From Nitrospinales bacterium (GTDB lineage Bacteria > Nitrospinota > Nitrospinia > Nitrospinales > VA-1), in NCBI GenBank assembly GCA_965223345.1, contig CBDCWG010000012.1, positions 1,056,001-1,120,000 on the forward strand: 64,000 nucleotides of DNA, read 5' to 3'. Under the pieces are notes generated by a model. The model searched no databases and had not been told where the DNA came from. It saw nothing but the letters and a program-made list of their open reading frames with translations. Position numbers and translations under genes: made by a program. Below, in pieces: positions 51,671 through 60,375 of this stretch (its first letter is position 1; the number at the start of each line of letters is the position of its first letter).

Positions 51671-51905
51671 TTTCCCGGCCGGGCCGCGATCGCCTTCCAA
51701 CTTTCGTCCTTTGTTTTCCCCTTCAGGCTGCCTGATTTGTCCCGGCGATCTCAGCCGGTTCCCAACCTCCCCTGATTTCTCCATCCACACGCGATTTGCA
51801 CAAAAATTGTCATCCATTGGATGATTTTTTTGCAGAGTTGGCCATTTTTAGATAAACCCTGCCGCCGGACAGGAACTAAGCCCTAATAATTCAAGGATTT
51901 CCGTT

Positions 51906-51921
51906 TGGCACAGCCCTTGCT
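51906..51921 (+). promoter_or_regulatory. sigma54 (-24/-12) promoter upstream of the ankyrin gene
   Basis: TGGCACAGCCCTTGCT matches TGGCAC-N5-TTGCW with GG-N10-GC spacing. Confidence 0.7.
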
Positions 51922-51987
51922 CTTTTTATCCGCACAAATCCTTTAAAAACAAAGAAAACCGTCGATTTCAGCCCATAGGGAAATCTT

Positions 51988-54984
51988 ATGCGAACCGCCT
52001 CCCGCATCAAACCGAGCCTGTCCTTCGTTTTTGCACTCACGCTGTGGCTGAGCGCCGCCGGCACCGCTCTGGCGTCGCCGCTGCATGAAGCCGCCGAGTC
52101 GGGCAACCTGAAACAGATCCGCAACCTGTTCGAGCAGGGCACGAGCATGAGCGTGCCCGACGATGCGGGGAACACGCCGCTGCACCTGGCCGCCGAAAAG
52201 GGACAGATGGAAGCGGTGAAGCTGCTGCTGGCGAAAGGCGCGCGCATCGACGCGAAAAACGACAGCGGCAACACGCCGCTGCACAAGGCCGTTTACTCCG
52301 GCAAACGCGCCCTGCTGGAGCTTCTGATCGCGAAGGGTGCCGACGTGTCGCAGACCAACGACGTCGGTTCGCTGCCGCTGCATCTTGCGGCCTACGAGGG
52401 CGACACGGCGCTGGCAAAATTTCTCATCAGCAAGGGCAATGCGGCGGACGAGCCCATCGACACTGGAGAAACGCCGCTGTACTACGCCGCCCATGCGGGC
52501 AAAGTGGACCTGGCGGCGCATCTCATCGCGTTGGGCGCGGACGTTCAGGCGGTCAATGAAAACGGCGTCACCCCGCTGCACGAAGCGGCGTGGTCGGGCT
52601 CGCTGGATACGGTGAAACGGCTGCTCGATCAAGGCGCCGATCCGCTGGCGGCGGACGACGAAGGCGATCAGCCGATCCACTACGCGGCGCTCGAAGGGCA
52701 TGCGCCGGTGGTGAAATCGCTGCTTGCGCACGGAGCCGCCTTCATGGCCGCCGACGACAACGGCTGGACCGCCGTCGAGGATGCGGCGTCCGAAGGGCAT
52801 CTCGACGTCGTGCGGGTCCTCATGGCCTACGGCATCGATGCGGATCACCGCGACACCGCCGAGGGCAACCTGCTGTTCTGGGCGGCGGGGTCGGGCAATC
52901 TCAAGCTGGTGAAATACCTGGCGTCCCAAGGGGCGAAGGTGGATGTGGTGGACAGCAAAGGCGTCACGCCGATGCACCGGGCGGCCGGTTCCGGCAACAC
53001 CGCCTTGATCAAATATTTCGTGGCGAAGGGGCTCAACGCCGATGAACGGTCCCGGCAGGAGGGCATCACGCCGCTGCATCGCGCCGCCGGTTCCGGTTCC
53101 CTGCCCGCGGTGAGGTATCTGGTGGGCAAAGGCGCGGACGTCAACGCCGAGACGAGCAAGGGGCAGACGCCGTTGTCCGTGGCAGCGGAATACGGCGAGC
53201 TCGATCTGGTGAAATACCTGGTGCGCCAGGGCGCCCAGGTCAAAAAGGAAACCGCGCGGGGCAACACCGCCCTGCACCGGGCGGCGCGCGCCGGTAAATA
53301 TGAAACGGTGAAGTTTCTGCTTTCCAAAGGCGCGAACGTGAAGGCCAAAAACAGCAACGGGGACACGCCCCTGTCGCTGGCGGCCTCCTCCGGGGATCTC
53401 GATACGGTGCGGTACCTGGTCTCCAAAGGCGCGGACGTCAACGCCGTCAATTCCGCAGGGGTGACGCCTTTGCTGGAAGCCGCCAATTACGCAGACAAGG
53501 ACCTGGTCGCGTTTCTCCTGAAAAAGGGCGCGAAGGTGAACCATCAGGACGACAAAGGCCACACGGCGTTGCACCGGGCCGCTTATAACGGGAAAAAATC
53601 GATCGCCTCCCATCTTCTGTTGTACAAGGCGGATCTCGGTGCAAGGGACGAGGATGGAGAGACGGCGCTGCATTTTGCGGCCTACGGCGGCAAGAAGACG
53701 GTGATCGAGCTGCTTTTCTCCAAAGGCATGGATATCAACGGGCAGAACCACAACGGCGACACGCCGTTGCACCACGCGGCGCGCAGTGGTTCGCTTTCCA
53801 GCCTCGAACGTCTGGTGGCGCTGGGGGCGAAGGTGGACGTGCTCAACGAGCAGGAGGAAACGGCGGTGCACGATGTGGCCGCGTACGGCTCCAGACATCT
53901 GGCGGCCTTTCTGCTTGCCAACCATAAGGGAAACTTTGCCAAATGCACCTGCGGCAAAACACCGCTGCATCTTGCGGCGGGTGCGGGCAATCAGCCGGTG
54001 CTGGACCTGCTCGTCGCGCACGGCGAGGATCTGGAAGAAGAGGATCACAACGGCAACACGGCGCTGCTCCTGGCGATCGCCGGCAAACACAAGGAAATGG
54101 TTTTGTCGCTGATCGATCAGGGGGCGCGCGTCGATGTGGAGAACGACAAGGGCGCGACGCCGCTGCACTGGGCCGCGTGGATGGGCGACGAAACGCTGAC
54201 GGATCTTTTGATCGCCAAAGGGCTTGATGTCGGAAAGAAAAACGACGCCGGAAAGACGGCCCTGCATTATGCGGTTTCATCGGGCAACGGCAATCTGGTG
54301 CGGTCTTTGCTGGGACGCGGCGCCAATCTGGAAGCCGCCGGCAAAAACGGCAAGACCCCCCTGCACCTTGCGGTGGAACACGACGATGCGGACATGGTGA
54401 CGCTGCTTCTGAGCGAGGGCGCCGACACGAATGCGAAATATTCCTGGGACCGTTCGGTGCTGCACACGGCGGCCGAGAGCGGCAACCGGGACCTGATGGA
54501 TCTGTTTCTGAAAAAGGGCGTCAAAATCGAAGCCGGCCGCATGGGGATCACCCCGCTGCACGTGGCGGCGATGAACGGCCATGAAGAGGCGGCGTCGCTG
54601 CTGTTGCAGAAAGGAGCCCCGGTCGATGACACGGTATTTTCCGGATTGACGGCGCTGCATTTTGCGGTGATGGGCAACGAGCCGGACCTTGCGAAGCTGC
54701 TTCTGGAAAAAGGCGCGAACGTCGATTCGACGTTTCTGTTCGGCATGACGCCCCTGCATCTCGCGGTGATCAGCCATAAGCAAGAGCTGGCGCAACTGCT
54801 GATCGACAAGGGCGCGGATGTGAACGGCAAGTTCTTCTACATGGTCACGCCGCTGGAGTTCGCCGCGAGCAGCGGAGACAAGGAAATGATTCAACTGCTC
54901 AAAAGCCACGGCGCGGTGCCGCCCACCAAATCGGACAAGATGCTGCGCCACTTTTTGAGCGCGCTCGCGAGCATCGTCCTTTGA
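51988..54984 (+). CDS. secreted ankyrin-repeat protein (about 28-29 repeats)
   Basis: Signal peptide, then continuous 33-aa G.TPLH.AA..G....V..LL..GA.VN repeats. Confidence 0.95.
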   Translation: MRTASRIKPSLSFVFALTLWLSAAGTALASPLHEAAESGNLKQIRNLFEQGTSMSVPDDAGNTPLHLAAEKGQMEAVKLLLAKGARIDAKNDSGNTPLHKAVYSGKRALLELLIAKGADVSQTNDVGSLPLHLAAYEGDTALAKFLISKGNAADEPIDTGETPLYYAAHAGKVDLAAHLIALGADVQAVNENGVTPLHEAAWSGSLDTVKRLLDQGADPLAADDEGDQPIHYAALEGHAPVVKSLLAHGAAFMAADDNGWTAVEDAASEGHLDVVRVLMAYGIDADHRDTAEGNLLFWAAGSGNLKLVKYLASQGAKVDVVDSKGVTPMHRAAGSGNTALIKYFVAKGLNADERSRQEGITPLHRAAGSGSLPAVRYLVGKGADVNAETSKGQTPLSVAAEYGELDLVKYLVRQGAQVKKETARGNTALHRAARAGKYETVKFLLSKGANVKAKNSNGDTPLSLAASSGDLDTVRYLVSKGADVNAVNSAGVTPLLEAANYADKDLVAFLLKKGAKVNHQDDKGHTALHRAAYNGKKSIASHLLLYKADLGARDEDGETALHFAAYGGKKTVIELLFSKGMDINGQNHNGDTPLHHAARSGSLSSLERLVALGAKVDVLNEQEETAVHDVAAYGSRHLAAFLLANHKGNFAKCTCGKTPLHLAAGAGNQPVLDLLVAHGEDLEEEDHNGNTALLLAIAGKHKEMVLSLIDQGARVDVENDKGATPLHWAAWMGDETLTDLLIAKGLDVGKKNDAGKTALHYAVSSGNGNLVRSLLGRGANLEAAGKNGKTPLHLAVEHDDADMVTLLLSEGADTNAKYSWDRSVLHTAAESGNRDLMDLFLKKGVKIEAGRMGITPLHVAAMNGHEEAASLLLQKGAPVDDTVFSGLTALHFAVMGNEPDLAKLLLEKGANVDSTFLFGMTPLHLAVISHKQELAQLLIDKGADVNGKFFYMVTPLEFAASSGDKEMIQLLKSHGAVPPTKSDKMLRHFLSALASIVL

Positions 54985-55026
54985 CGTTTTTCCCCCTGAC
55001 GCCAGAAAAGCGATCTTCTTCGGGAT

Positions 55027-55431
55027 TCAACCGTTCTTGGGATCGTAGAGGACGACGTTTTCCTGTTCGTTGGGATCGTTGCGCGACACGATGGCGACGG
55101 CGGGTTCCGTATCGCTGAGATTGAAGGGCTGGTGCGGCACGCCCGGCGGGATGAAGAGAAAATCCCCCTTTTCCGTTTGCACCGATTCCTGCAATCCCTC
55201 GCCATAACGGGTGTTCACCCGGCCTTCCAGCATGTAGATGGCGGTTTCAAAATCCTGGTGGTAATGCGGCTCGGCCGTTCCGCCGGGGGGAATGACGACC
55301 CGGTTCATGGAGAGCCCGGTCGCGCCGGCGGTGGTTTTGGATATGCCCACGAAATAGGGGATCTTCTGCCGGGTCGCGGTTTCTTTTGCAATGCGGATCC
55401 GGGTCACGCCGCGGTTTGCATCCAGCGTCAT
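55027..55431 (-). CDS. cupin domain protein
   Basis: PHYH...ETAIY, GDFLFIPPGVPHQP. Confidence 0.88.
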   Translation of the reverse strand: MTLDANRGVTRIRIAKETATRQKIPYFVGISKTTAGATGLSMNRVVIPPGGTAEPHYHQDFETAIYMLEGRVNTRYGEGLQESVQTEKGDFLFIPPGVPHQPFNLSDTEPAVAIVSRNDPNEQENVVLYDPKNG

Positions 55432-55665
55432 GCAGCACCTCCTTGTTGTACCGATTATACACCCACCCCGGCCGTGTCCCGGTTATTTGACGATTCCAGA
55501 ACGGCTGTGCTACAATCCCTTCCGCCTAATCTATCAAGCCCATAGCGCCTGACGGGGTCTCTCTGCGGCAGCATCCGGCCTCCCTGGGGTCGTTCCGTGA
55601 CGATTCGGAGAATCAAATCCGTCCTGTTCGCATCTAACAGAAAAACGCTTACATAGGAGTCCGCG

Positions 55666-56478
55666 GTGGGAATCGCCTTCACAAAAATGAGCGGCACCGG
55701 CAACGATTTTGTCATCATCGACAACCGCGAGCCGGTGATCGCAGACGATGAGAAAGTCGAATTCGTGAAAAAAGTCTGCGCGCCGAAAATCTCGGTGGGC
55801 GCGGACGGGGTGATTTTTGTCGAAAACTCGGACCGCGCCGACATCAAATGGGATTTTTACAACGCCGACGGCTCTTCGGCGGAGATGTGCGGCAACGGCG
55901 CCCGCTGCGTGGCGCGTTTCGCGCACGAGAAAAACATCGCGCCGAAAAACCTGACCCTGGAAACGCTGGCGGGAATCATCACCGCACAAGTTCGCGAGGA
56001 CGAAGTGCGCATCCGGCTCACGCCGCCCGAGAACATCCTGCAGGACATCGCGGTGGACCTGGAAGGCGGGCGTGTGGTGCTGGACAGCATCAACACCGGG
56101 GTGCCGCACGCGATCCTGTTTTCCGATGACCTGGAGAGCGAGGACGTGCGCGCGCTGGGCCGCGGCATCCGCTATCACTCGCAATTCGCTCCCGCCGGAA
56201 CCAATGTGGATTTCGTGCAGAAACTCGACGACCACTCGCTGAAGATCCGCACCTACGAGCGGGGCGTGGAAGACGAAACCCTGGCCTGCGGCACCGGCGC
56301 CGTCGCTTCGGCGCTGCTCGCCACGTTGAAGAACCAGGTCCAGCCTCCGGTCGCCGTGGAAACGCGCAGCGGAGACATCATCCAGGTCGATTTCGATCCC
56401 GCCAACGGTTCCGTCAATGAGGTGTACCTCACCGGACCGACGCGCCTCGCTTTCGAAGGGACCCTAGTTGAATTCTGA
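55666..56478 (+). CDS. dapF: diaminopimelate epimerase
   Basis: KMSGTGNDF, EMCGNG, ERGVEDETLACGTG; GTG start. Confidence 0.96.
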   Translation: MGIAFTKMSGTGNDFVIIDNREPVIADDEKVEFVKKVCAPKISVGADGVIFVENSDRADIKWDFYNADGSSAEMCGNGARCVARFAHEKNIAPKNLTLETLAGIITAQVREDEVRIRLTPPENILQDIAVDLEGGRVVLDSINTGVPHAILFSDDLESEDVRALGRGIRYHSQFAPAGTNVDFVQKLDDHSLKIRTYERGVEDETLACGTGAVASALLATLKNQVQPPVAVETRSGDIIQVDFDPANGSVNEVYLTGPTRLAFEGTLVEF

Positions 56479-56504
56479 TCCGTTCATTTTCCGGAGAAAC
56501 ACCG

Positions 56505-57383
56505 ATGTTTGAAGGTTCCCTCGTTGCCATCGTCACGCCTTTCAAAGATGGAAAGGTAGATGAAGCCGCGTTCCGCGCGCTCATCGATTTCCAGATCGCC
56601 GGCGGCACGAACGGCATCGTTCCCTGCGGCACCACCGGGGAATCGGCGACGCTGAGCCATGAGGAGCACGACGAGGTGATCCGCATCACGGTGGATGCGT
56701 GCAAGGGCAAGGGCGTGAAGGTGCTCGCCGGAACCGGGTCGAATTCCACCTGGGAGGCGATCGAATTGACCCAGCACGCCCAGAAAGCGGGGGCGGACGG
56801 GTCGCTGCAGGTCACGCCGTACTACAACAAGCCGAGCCAGGAGGGCCTGTTCCGGCATTACGAGGCGATTGCGAAGGAGACGGACCTGCCGCTCATTCTC
56901 TACAATGTGCCGAGCCGGACTTCCGTGAATCTGCTGCCGCCGACGGTGGCGCGGCTCGCCGAGATGAAGAACATCGTCGGCATCAAGGAAGCCTCGGGAT
57001 CGCTGGCGCAGATCAGCGAGGTGATCGCGCGGTGCGGCGACGAATTTTCCGTGTTGTCCGGCGACGATGCGCTCACCTGGCCCATTCTTGCGGTCGGCGG
57101 CAAGGGCGTGATTTCCGTGATCGCCAATCTGATGCCGGACAAGGTGACGGCGCTGTGCGACTCGGCGCGCGCCGGCGATATGGCGAAGGCCAAGGCGCTG
57201 CATCATGAAATGATGGAGCTCGTCGATACCTTGTTCATCGAAACCAATCCGGTTCCCGTGAAAGCCGCGTTGGGTTTCATGGGGAAAATCGATCCGGAGC
57301 TTCGGCTGCCGCTGTCGCCGCTGTCCGCCGGGAACGCGGAACGGCTGCGGTCCGTGTTGCAGGGCTGTTGCCTGGTTTCTTAA
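56505..57383 (+). CDS. dapA: 4-hydroxy-tetrahydrodipicolinate synthase
   Basis: GTTGES, PYYNKP, YNVPSRT, GIKEASG, NPVPVK. Confidence 0.97.
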   Translation: MFEGSLVAIVTPFKDGKVDEAAFRALIDFQIAGGTNGIVPCGTTGESATLSHEEHDEVIRITVDACKGKGVKVLAGTGSNSTWEAIELTQHAQKAGADGSLQVTPYYNKPSQEGLFRHYEAIAKETDLPLILYNVPSRTSVNLLPPTVARLAEMKNIVGIKEASGSLAQISEVIARCGDEFSVLSGDDALTWPILAVGGKGVISVIANLMPDKVTALCDSARAGDMAKAKALHHEMMELVDTLFIETNPVPVKAALGFMGKIDPELRLPLSPLSAGNAERLRSVLQGCCLVS

Positions 57384-57447
57384 TAATTTACTTTGTTTCG
57401 CAGTTTGAGTTGGAACGGTTGTCCCACAGTTTGACCGAGGAGGTCCT

Positions 57448-58248
57448 TTGATTCGCATTCTGGTGATCGGCGCGGCGGGCAGGATGGGCCGCACTCTCGT
57501 TTCCTGCATCGACGACACGGAAGGCGTCGAGGTTTCGGGCGGAACGGAAAACCCGGGCCACCCTTCGGTCGGCAGCGATCTGGGCGAGCTGGCGGGCATC
57601 GGCAAAAATGGCGTTCGCCTGATCGACAAGCTGGATGTGGCTGTGGAGGGCTGCGATGCGATCATCGATTTCACCACACCGGAGAGCAGCCTGCAGACGC
57701 TGAAGATCGCGGCGGAAAAGAAACGGCCGGTGATTCTGGGGACGACGGGTTTTTCCAAGGCGCAAAAAGAGGTGATAGCCGAATGCGCTGACAGAACGCA
57801 TTGCGTGATGGCCCCCAACATGAGCATCGGCGTCAACCTGCTGTTCAAGCTGGTGCGGGATGCGGCCAAGGCGCTCGGCGACGCGTACGATGTGGAGATC
57901 GTCGAGGCGCACCACAAATTCAAGAAGGACGCGCCCAGCGGCACGGCGGTGCGCGTTTCCGAAATCGTCGCCGAGGCTTTGAACCGCAACCTCGACGAGG
58001 TCGGCGTGTACGGCCGCAAAGGCATCCACGTGCGCGAGCCGAAGGAGATCGGCGTCCACACGGTGCGGGCGGGAGACATCGTGGGCGAGCACCGGGTGCT
58101 GTTCGGCGGCATGGGGGAGAATCTGGAAATTTTTCACCGCGCACAGAGCCGCGACACGTTCGCGCGCGGCGCGGTGCGGGCTGCCATCTGGGTGGTCGAT
58201 CAGCCCATCGGCCTGTACGACATGCAGGATGTGCTGGGATTGAAATGA
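57448..58248 (+). CDS. dapB: 4-hydroxy-tetrahydrodipicolinate reductase
   Basis: GAAGRMG, GTTG, EAHHKFKKDAPSGTA; TTG start. Confidence 0.97.
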   Translation: MIRILVIGAAGRMGRTLVSCIDDTEGVEVSGGTENPGHPSVGSDLGELAGIGKNGVRLIDKLDVAVEGCDAIIDFTTPESSLQTLKIAAEKKRPVILGTTGFSKAQKEVIAECADRTHCVMAPNMSIGVNLLFKLVRDAAKALGDAYDVEIVEAHHKFKKDAPSGTAVRVSEIVAEALNRNLDEVGVYGRKGIHVREPKEIGVHTVRAGDIVGEHRVLFGGMGENLEIFHRAQSRDTFARGAVRAAIWVVDQPIGLYDMQDVLGLK

Positions 58249-58290
58249 AGGGTTCGCCCCGGGGCGGCGGCCGTCTCTCTGGAGGGCATC

Positions 58291-59046
58291 ATGAAACGAT
58301 CCTTTTTCAACACACCGTTTGACAGAAGGTCCTTGCTCAAGGTCTTCTCCCTGTCCGCGCTCGCGGCTTTGTTACCGAAAAAGGCTGCGGGGCTGTCCGA
58401 TTACCGCAACGACAAGAACATTCCCAAAAAATACATTCAAAACCGCGATGTGCCGGGCTTTCACATCCGCAGCGCCAATCCTTTTCTCGGCGTGGACATC
58501 AATTCCTGGGCGCTGGTGATCGGCGGCCAGGTGCAAAAGACCGTCGCCTACACGTACGAAGATCTGTTCGGTTTCAAGATGATATCGCAGGTTTCGCGTC
58601 TGAAATGCGTGGAGTGCTGGAGCGCCAAGGCCACCTGGGAAGGGTTCCGTTTCGAGGAACTGCTCAGGCAGGTGCAGCCCGATCCGAAAGCGAAATACGT
58701 GTATTTCGAATCGGCGGATTCGTATTACGAAAGCTTCTCGATCGAGGAGCTCAAGCGACCGCGCGTGCTGTTCGTGTTGCGCATGAACGGCAATCCGCTT
58801 TCCAAGGACCACGGGTTTCCGCTGCGCCTGATCGCACCGTTCAAGTACGGCTACAAGAACGTGAAGTACATCACCCGCATGGAGTTCACCGACAAGCGCA
58901 AACGCAACTACTGGGCCAACAACGGGCCGTATTCGGTGGACGGCACCATCCAGCCGGGCATCGACCACCCTCTCGATTTTCAAAAGAAACCCCTTCCCAT
59001 CAACGGTGGCGAGGTGTTTCACCCCTTCGACAAACGCCCCTCATGA
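58291..59046 (+). CDS. molybdopterin oxidoreductase, sulfite-oxidase family (MsrP-like), Tat-like signal
   Basis: DRRSLLK, CVECWS, HGFPLRL..PFKYGYK.VK. Confidence 0.85.
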   Translation: MKRSFFNTPFDRRSLLKVFSLSALAALLPKKAAGLSDYRNDKNIPKKYIQNRDVPGFHIRSANPFLGVDINSWALVIGGQVQKTVAYTYEDLFGFKMISQVSRLKCVECWSAKATWEGFRFEELLRQVQPDPKAKYVYFESADSYYESFSIEELKRPRVLFVLRMNGNPLSKDHGFPLRLIAPFKYGYKNVKYITRMEFTDKRKRNYWANNGPYSVDGTIQPGIDHPLDFQKKPLPINGGEVFHPFDKRPS

Positions 59047-59765
59047 AATGGCGCCTTGGGCTGATCGTTGCCCTGGGGTGTTGCCTGTTTGCCTGCGGCC
59101 CGCCCGACGTGGAGCAGATCGACGTTGCGATTCCTGAAGGCGTCACCGTTCCCGAGGGCATGGTCTACATTCCGGAAGGCGGGTTCGTGATGGGGCACGC
59201 CGATCACCCCAAGACCGAAGGCGGCAAAAAGGTGGTGACGGATGCGTTTTTCATCGACCGCTTCGAGGTCAGCCGCGGCGACTTTCAAACATTCAAACCC
59301 GAGGCCGCGGTCTCCGAGAAGAAAGCCGCGTTTCCCGTCGCGCACGTCACGTACGCGGAAGCCCGGGCCTACTGCGAATCTTTGGGGAAGCGCCTGCCGC
59401 AGGAGGTGGAATGGGAGAAGGCGGCGCGCGGCGTGGACGGGCGCAAATGGCCGTGGAGCCAGTATTACGAGCACCCGAACAACGGGTTTTCAGGATTTCT
59501 TCCGGAAAAGGTGGACCAGCGGGAAGAATGGATCAGCCCTTACGGGGTTTACGGCATGGGGCACAACGTGTGGGAGTGGGTCGCGGATGATTACGCCTAT
59601 GCGGGCCAGCCGGAGGATGAAAAGAAACGCTTCAAGGTGATCCGCGGCGGGTTGATCCAGACGCACCTTAAAATCGAATTCAGCCCCACGTATTTCAGAA
59701 ACTGGATGGAGCCGACGGCGGCGCACAATTTTCTGGGGTTCCGCTGCGCGCGCGACGTGGGTTGA
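59043..59765 (+). CDS. FGE-sulfatase (SUMF1/NirV-like) domain lipoprotein
   Basis: Lipobox LFAC, FFIDRFEVS, RLPQEVEWEKAARG, NVWEW, GFRC; ATGA overlap with the upstream gene. Confidence 0.88.
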   Translation: MKWRLGLIVALGCCLFACGPPDVEQIDVAIPEGVTVPEGMVYIPEGGFVMGHADHPKTEGGKKVVTDAFFIDRFEVSRGDFQTFKPEAAVSEKKAAFPVAHVTYAEARAYCESLGKRLPQEVEWEKAARGVDGRKWPWSQYYEHPNNGFSGFLPEKVDQREEWISPYGVYGMGHNVWEWVADDYAYAGQPEDEKKRFKVIRGGLIQTHLKIEFSPTYFRNWMEPTAAHNFLGFRCARDVG

Positions 59766-59774
59766 AAAACGGAA

Positions 59775-60257
59775 TCAATAATCGCCCTTCAAATGATCGG
59801 CGATTTTTGCAGCGGCCTGATTGAACAGCATCTCGCTGGAGCCGCCGGTGATCCCGCCCTTGAGCCAGGAGGTCACCACCCAGCCGCCCACCATTTCGTC
59901 TTCATTATACAGAGCGGCTTTCACCTTCAGTTTGGCTTTCGCCGAATTGGCGGCGCCGAACGTCGCCATGCGGGCGAGGCGGTTGCCTTCCTTGTACTCC
60001 AGCACTTTGTATTTCAAAAAATACTTGGCCTGGGTTCCGGTCAACAGAAAGCCGGTGTTGCTGTCCACGGATTCTTCCAGCGAATCCTGCAGGTGGGTGC
60101 TGGCATCGATGAGCTTGTTGTCCTGGGAAGTCAGGTTGACGATGCGCAGCGTGTTGACTTCATTTTTCCAGCCTTTTTTCACTTCCGATTCCACCCCCGC
60201 GCAGGCCGAAAGGAGAAGAACCGACAAGATAAAAATCATTATGTAGACTTTTTTCAT
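59775..60257 (-). CDS. lipoprotein (DUF4410-like)
   Basis: Lipobox LSAC; EGNRLARMATFGA. Confidence 0.7.
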   Translation of the reverse strand: MKKVYIMIFILSVLLLSACAGVESEVKKGWKNEVNTLRIVNLTSQDNKLIDASTHLQDSLEESVDSNTGFLLTGTQAKYFLKYKVLEYKEGNRLARMATFGAANSAKAKLKVKAALYNEDEMVGGWVVTSWLKGGITGGSSEMLFNQAAAKIADHLKGDY

Positions 60258-60375
60258 ATCTGGATCCACCGTTTGATTGTCTGACTGAATGTATGCCGCG
60301 CATTTTAACAAAAAACCGATATTGATTTCAATAGGTTGGCCAAAATGGCGCAAGCGGGGGATTCGGAGGTCCGAT

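Noticed and set aside
47527..51987. RiPP precursor peptide for the radical SAM pair
   Set aside because: No small ORF with an SD and leader/core-like sequence found by eye in the flanking intergenic regions
38082..54267. Very long antisense ORFs (38082-40160, 40634-42646, 42670-44772, 45127-47622, 49697-51817, 51943-54267)
   Set aside because: Mirror frames of well-supported genes in GC-rich DNA; no motifs of their own
58605..59042. N-terminal extension of the FGE ORF
   Set aside because: Out-of-frame overlap with the MsrP-like gene; lipoprotein signal begins at ATG 59043
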